This document shows, one piece after another, positions 60,198 through 64,000 of a stretch of DNA of 64,000 bases. The DNA is taken from positions 111,250 through 175,249 of the forward strand of contig DAOLNV010000002.1 of NCBI GenBank assembly GCA_035416745.1. Direction: 5' to 3'. Source of the DNA: Candidatus Hydrogenedentota bacterium (lineage in GTDB: Bacteria; Hydrogenedentota; Hydrogenedentia; Hydrogenedentales; SLHB01). The position numbers were made by a program, and so were the translations under genes. Within the stretch, counting starts at the first letter, position 1. Every line of letters begins with the position of its first letter. The notes below the pieces were generated by a model. The model saw nothing but the letters and a program-made list of their open reading frames with translations, did no database searches and was not told the origin of the DNA.

Positions 60198-61739
60198 CTA
60201 TTTGTCTTCCGGGGGAAGTTCGACGAGCCAGATGTTGCGGAACCAGACGGGGTTTCCGTGGTCCTGGAGCGACAATGCATCGGGTTCCGAGGTGGCCGTC
60301 ACCTGCGAGCCCGTGGTCTTGTCGGGGATAGGCTGATTCTCGTGCACCGGCACGCCGTTATGCAAGACGGTGATGCGCGCGTCTTCCAACTTGTTCCAGT
60401 CGCTGTCGAACCGTGCGGCGCGGAATTCGATGTCGAATGTCTGCCATTGCAGCGGAGGCGCACACACGTTTACCCGCGGGGCGGCAAGTTTGTAGATTCC
60501 GCCGCAATCGTTGTTTTCGCCGGCAAGTCCGTAGCTGTCCAGAACCTGGACTTCATAGCGGTTCTGGAGAAAAACGCCGCTGTTGCCGCGTTTCTGCCCG
60601 TCCTGGTCGGGCAGGAAAGGCGTCCGAAACTCGACGTGCACTTTCTGGTCGATGAAGTTCTGCTTGGTCTGGATGCTGCCGCCGCGGACTTCCATGGCGC
60701 CGTTGCCGAGGATCAGCCAGGTTGCGGGGCCGGGCTCGGTCTGCTCGGGCAACGGCACGGGCTTCCATTCCGCATCGCCCTGTTCCGGGGCGAAAGCCAC
60801 ATCCATCAAGTCGGCGCCGGTCTTTCCTTCCGCGGTGTACGGGCCCGAGACTTCCCACAACGCGATATTGCCGTCAAACGACTCGAGCGGAAAGAGGTCC
60901 TGCCCGGGAGCGCCCACGAAGAAGCCAGCGACGGGGGATGCATCAAGACCGCGCAATCGGGCCGTAAAGGCCCATTCTTTGTCGTTCTGGACCACTTTTG
61001 CCAGGAAGAGGTTCCAGCCTTCGAGGAGGTCGACCGTAACCTTGTTTTGGCAGGGCGTAACCTTGCGATCTTCGATTATTGAATGTATCTCGGCATTGTT
61101 GAGCCAGACTTTTCCGCCGTCTTCGATGCCGTAGGCGAACTGTGCTTTGCCTGGCGCGGGCGCCCACACCCATGTGCGCAGATAGGCGACGCGGTTTTCG
61201 CCGCCGAGCGTTTTCTTGAGGTTGATACCCCACGGGTCGACGCCCCGCGCCACCCAGAGGTCAAGGTTGCTGCCGTCAAACAACACGATGGCTTCCTTCG
61301 GCGGCCGTGCGCCGAGCGTAGGAGAGAGACGTACGACGTGATGGAGCTCGAGGCCGCCGGATACCGCGCCTTCCACGCGCCCGGTCATGGTTTTGCCCCG
61401 GATGGAGACGGCAACCTTGGCGTCTTTCATGTCGCCGCTGGCGCCCGCCCCGGAGAAGTCCACGCCGCCTTGGACCGCTTTGCCGTCAAGCACGGCCAGC
61501 GCCGGTTCGCGCGTATCAAACGCCGGCAGCAGGTTCATACGGTAGGTTTTGCCCGCCAGCGGGATGACCTGGGCATATATCTTCGCGCTGCCCCATTTGC
61601 CCTCCCAGTCGCCCATGTGCGGGTCGCCCGGCGTGGTCTGAGCCGGGCTGGCTTCATCGCGAGCTCCCTGGAACGTGGCGCAACCGCCCAGGAGCGCTAC
61701 GGCCAGCAATGCAATCATCGGAAGATGACGGGTTTTCAT
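60198..61739 (-). CDS. Lipoprotein with a C-terminal DUF1080 domain (3-keto-disaccharide hydrolase-like, GH16-like fold).
   Basis: It has a lipobox (LLGGC). The C-terminal segment GNSGVFLQNRYEVQVLDSYG...CGGIYKLAAP...WQTFDIEFRAARF...ITVLHNGVPVHENQPIP...LSLQDHGNPVWFRNIWLVEL matches the DUF1080 signature closely. The RBS is AAGGAGAG. Confidence 0.8.
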   Translation of the reverse strand: MKTRHLPMIALLAVALLGGCATFQGARDEASPAQTTPGDPHMGDWEGKWGSAKIYAQVIPLAGKTYRMNLLPAFDTREPALAVLDGKAVQGGVDFSGAGASGDMKDAKVAVSIRGKTMTGRVEGAVSGGLELHHVVRLSPTLGARPPKEAIVLFDGSNLDLWVARGVDPWGINLKKTLGGENRVAYLRTWVWAPAPGKAQFAYGIEDGGKVWLNNAEIHSIIEDRKVTPCQNKVTVDLLEGWNLFLAKVVQNDKEWAFTARLRGLDASPVAGFFVGAPGQDLFPLESFDGNIALWEVSGPYTAEGKTGADLMDVAFAPEQGDAEWKPVPLPEQTEPGPATWLILGNGAMEVRGGSIQTKQNFIDQKVHVEFRTPFLPDQDGQKRGNSGVFLQNRYEVQVLDSYGLAGENNDCGGIYKLAAPRVNVCAPPLQWQTFDIEFRAARFDSDWNKLEDARITVLHNGVPVHENQPIPDKTTGSQVTATSEPDALSLQDHGNPVWFRNIWLVELPPEDK

Positions 61740-62047
61740 GATTCGGGTCTCTCCTTGTGCCGAGATGGCGGATTTGAGTAAATATACGCGATGGGAAAGA
61801 GTAGAATCTCAGGGCGCGCAATTTCAAGAACGCTGCAACGCGGCCAGCCACCACCGGGAACGACATCTCCCCCACTCCGCCGGCGCGGCCCCATCTCCGT
61901 CACCGCGGTCCGGTCGAATACCACGGACTGAATGGCGAGGGAGCTGGAGACCTGGCGGTCGCAAGAGCGGCGCGGCCGGGAGACCGTGCCACAGCGGAGA
62001 TGCCCTTGAGAATATCGCAGAAGCCGCGAGATAGCGGCATGAACGGG

Positions 62048-63670
62048 TCAAGGAGTGGCGGCCGTTTCCGCGTCGGATGCGACGAGCGTGCTGTCTTCGT
62101 CCCGTATCACGGTCTTTTGAGCCTGGCTCAGGTCGCAACCGGAAACGAACATGCGCGAGCTTTGCACCGCGTGCAGAAAAGCCGGAATGCCGGGCTCGGC
62201 GTCACAGTCGCGGACGCTGGCGGAAGTTCCCTTCAGACCGATCGCGGCCTGCGCAGGGAGCGAGACAAGGCCGCGAGTGCGAATGTTGCTCAGCGCAGCG
62301 CCGTAGACCTCGTCGCAGAACAGGCCATATCGCCATGCGCCGCGCGCCGCGCGCAAATCGATATCGACATCCTGAATCCGCAATCCGTCCACGCGCGCAC
62401 AATAGAGCGCATACGGGTTTGCAGGGGCGCCCCAGACCCCGCTGGCGGCAGGCGCGGCGCCTTCCGGCATATCGCCGGTCAGAAGAAACTGGATGTTGGA
62501 GAGAGTCACGTTTTCACAGTGTTTCTTGTCGAATCCGCCAACATAGCTGCCGTACCGTGATTGGGCAATGACGTTGGACACGAGGATATTCTTGAGGTGC
62601 ACCTGGGATTGCTCGCCCGTCTCGTTGCCCATCCAGAAGTAGAGCGCCTGATTGACGTTTCGCATGACAACGTTGTTGAAGGTGATGTTCTCACACCGGG
62701 TCCCCCTGACAATGTTGGGCCGCCCCGGCAAGATGCTGACGATGTCGAGTCCGATGTCCGTATCGAAGATTGTCAGGTTGCTGAATGAACAGTTTCGAAT
62801 GATGGAGTCGCCCTCATAACCGATTCGCACGCCACAGGCCGGCACGGAGCACAGAACACAATTGGTCACCGTGATATTCTCGCAGGGCTTGTCTTCCCCG
62901 AGCAGTCCCGCGTCGCTCTTGATGGCGATGGCGTCGTCGCCGCCATCGATCGAACAATTGGCGATGCGCACATCGCTGCAACAGTCGATGTCGATCCCGT
63001 CGGTGTTCGGACCGTCGTGAGGATTGCGAATGGTAATGCCGTCGATAGTGACGTTGTTGCAGCCGATCGTCCAAAGGGTATAACAGGACGAATTGGCCAG
63101 GGTAACATCACGGACCCGAAGGGAATCGCCTTTCACAATTGCTATTAGCGCCCGCGGACGGTTCGGCATGGGCTTTCTGACCATCGCAGAAAGCATCTCC
63201 TCGAACCAGAACTTCGAGCCTTGGCCATCAATGGTTCCCCGGCCTTCAATCGAGACGTTTTGGACGCCCTCGCCATAAATAAGAAACCCTCCCCCGACGA
63301 CTTCAGGGATTCCAAAGGATGGGGCATCGGGGTCTTGTCGAACAGCCGGAGGATAGTCTTCCGGGCGCGCGCTTCCTCGAAGCACGGCATTCGCTTCCAG
63401 CAGAAGGCGGACATTGTCTTTCAGGAACACGCTTCCTGAGAGATACACGCCCGGCGAAAAGTACACGGTTCCTCCGCCGGCCGCGGTGCACGCATCGATG
63501 GCCTTCTGGATGGCCGCCGTGTCGAGCGCGGTTCCATCTCCAACGGCGCCAAATTCCTGAACGCGAACCACCACGGGGGAAGGCGCTTCCAGGGCCTCAC
63601 GCTGCGATTCGGGCGACCCGGCAACCAGTGTGATGGCCAGGAGACGGAGGAAAAGTGTGCGGCTAATCAT
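62048..63670 (-). CDS. GH28-family glycoside hydrolase (polygalacturonase/rhamnogalacturonase-like), secreted.
   Basis: It has a signal peptide (MISRTLFLRLLAITLVAG). GAVGDGTALDTAAIQKAIDAC...GGGTVYFSPGVYLSG is the classic GH28 N-terminus. It also has NTDGIDID and GGDDAIAIKS motifs and a Cys-rich parallel beta-helix. The RBS is TAAGGAG. Confidence 0.85.
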   Translation of the reverse strand: MISRTLFLRLLAITLVAGSPESQREALEAPSPVVVRVQEFGAVGDGTALDTAAIQKAIDACTAAGGGTVYFSPGVYLSGSVFLKDNVRLLLEANAVLRGSARPEDYPPAVRQDPDAPSFGIPEVVGGGFLIYGEGVQNVSIEGRGTIDGQGSKFWFEEMLSAMVRKPMPNRPRALIAIVKGDSLRVRDVTLANSSCYTLWTIGCNNVTIDGITIRNPHDGPNTDGIDIDCCSDVRIANCSIDGGDDAIAIKSDAGLLGEDKPCENITVTNCVLCSVPACGVRIGYEGDSIIRNCSFSNLTIFDTDIGLDIVSILPGRPNIVRGTRCENITFNNVVMRNVNQALYFWMGNETGEQSQVHLKNILVSNVIAQSRYGSYVGGFDKKHCENVTLSNIQFLLTGDMPEGAAPAASGVWGAPANPYALYCARVDGLRIQDVDIDLRAARGAWRYGLFCDEVYGAALSNIRTRGLVSLPAQAAIGLKGTSASVRDCDAEPGIPAFLHAVQSSRMFVSGCDLSQAQKTVIRDEDSTLVASDAETAATP

Positions 63671-63858
63671 TCGATACTCCTTAGAAACGGGATCCAGGCC
63701 AAACCAACGCCGGCTGCCGGTTCCCGTCGAACGGACGGTCAGCGCGCGCCTCGCGTTGTCCTTCACGGAACATGGTAACCGAGCCTCGGGCGAATTGTAT
63801 CCGCAACGCAATTGTGGGATGCTTGCGTGTGTTTTATCAAATTGAGAGGTATCGTGCC

Positions 63859-64000
63859 ATGCTGCTTTCAGTCCTTTGCTTTGCGTCGCTTATCGTGTTG
63901 ACTGCGCCGGAACCCGAGGCCGTCTCGACGGGGCCGTTCCCTGACCCACTGGTTCTGGAGAACGGACAGCGCGTCGAGACAAAGGAGAACTGGGAGGCGC
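63859..64000 (+). CDS. Start of a secreted protein. It is truncated by the window end.
   Basis: MLLSVLCFASLIVLTAPEPEA is signal-like and a GAGAGG RBS precedes it. Only about 47 aa are visible. Confidence 0.35.
   Translation, partial: MLLSVLCFASLIVLTAPEPEAVSTGPFPDPLVLENGQRVETKENWEA

Noticed and set aside
1-64000. CRISPR arrays, IS elements/transposases, integrases, rRNA and tRNA genes
   Set aside because: I saw no regularly spaced direct repeats and no transposase or integrase-like ORF. No rRNA-like or cloverleaf-compatible sequences turned up on manual inspection. The only DNA-level repeats (27.8-28.9 kb) are the in-frame PKD-domain repeats of one gene.

Overview
This is a high-GC (~63%) bacterial chromosomal segment with a near-continuous run of protein-coding genes. 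I found no rRNA, tRNA, CRISPR array, transposase or integrase. About 34 CDS are supportable. Most are large secreted glycoside-hydrolase-like proteins: GH28, GH2, a GH42-like protein, a putative GH106-like protein, GH20b-like proteins, and a malectin-bearing protein. Alongside these are a formylglycine-type sulfatase, a galactose mutarotase, a TAT-signal Gfo/Idh/MocA oxidoreductase and a DUF1080 (3-keto-disaccharide hydrolase-like) lipoprotein. This is a carbohydrate-utilisation island, probably targeting pectin, rhamnogalacturonan or (sulfated) galactan. Several genes are hallmarks of the Planctomycetota-Verrucomicrobiota-Chlamydiota (PVC) superphylum: a DUF1559 prepilin-type protein, a PEP-CTERM protein, an orphan PilT, an extracytoplasmic-function (ECF) sigma factor fused to a transmembrane and periplasmic CarboxypepD_reg-repeat sensor, and many TAT or lipoprotein signals. 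This points to Planctomycetota, Verrucomicrobiota or Kiritimatiellota, but the taxonomic call is inference. The most unusual item is a tightly overlapping four-gene operon at 21.4-25.1 kb. It encodes a UbiE-like SAM methyltransferase, a squalene/phytoene-synthase-family enzyme, an FtsX-type permease and an ABC ATPase. I read this as a candidate undescribed isoprenoid-lipid synthesis, methylation and export module. Other notable points follow. A PadR regulator is translationally coupled to a DUF1559 pseudopilin-like gene. An NRAMP-fold transporter has its canonical metal-binding residues replaced. A lower-GC islet carries a lipase-like secreted protein with an aerolysin-like beta-rich tail. The ECF sigma-sensor fusion sits directly upstream of a low-GC PEP-CTERM gene. 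A Gfo/Idh/MocA + mutarotase + DUF1080 trio suggests an oxidative 3-keto-glycoside route. Many long ORFs in the six-frame track are antisense shadow ORFs typical of high-GC DNA and were rejected. Start codons are approximate; GTG and TTG starts are common here. Family assignments come from motif recognition by eye, not from searches.
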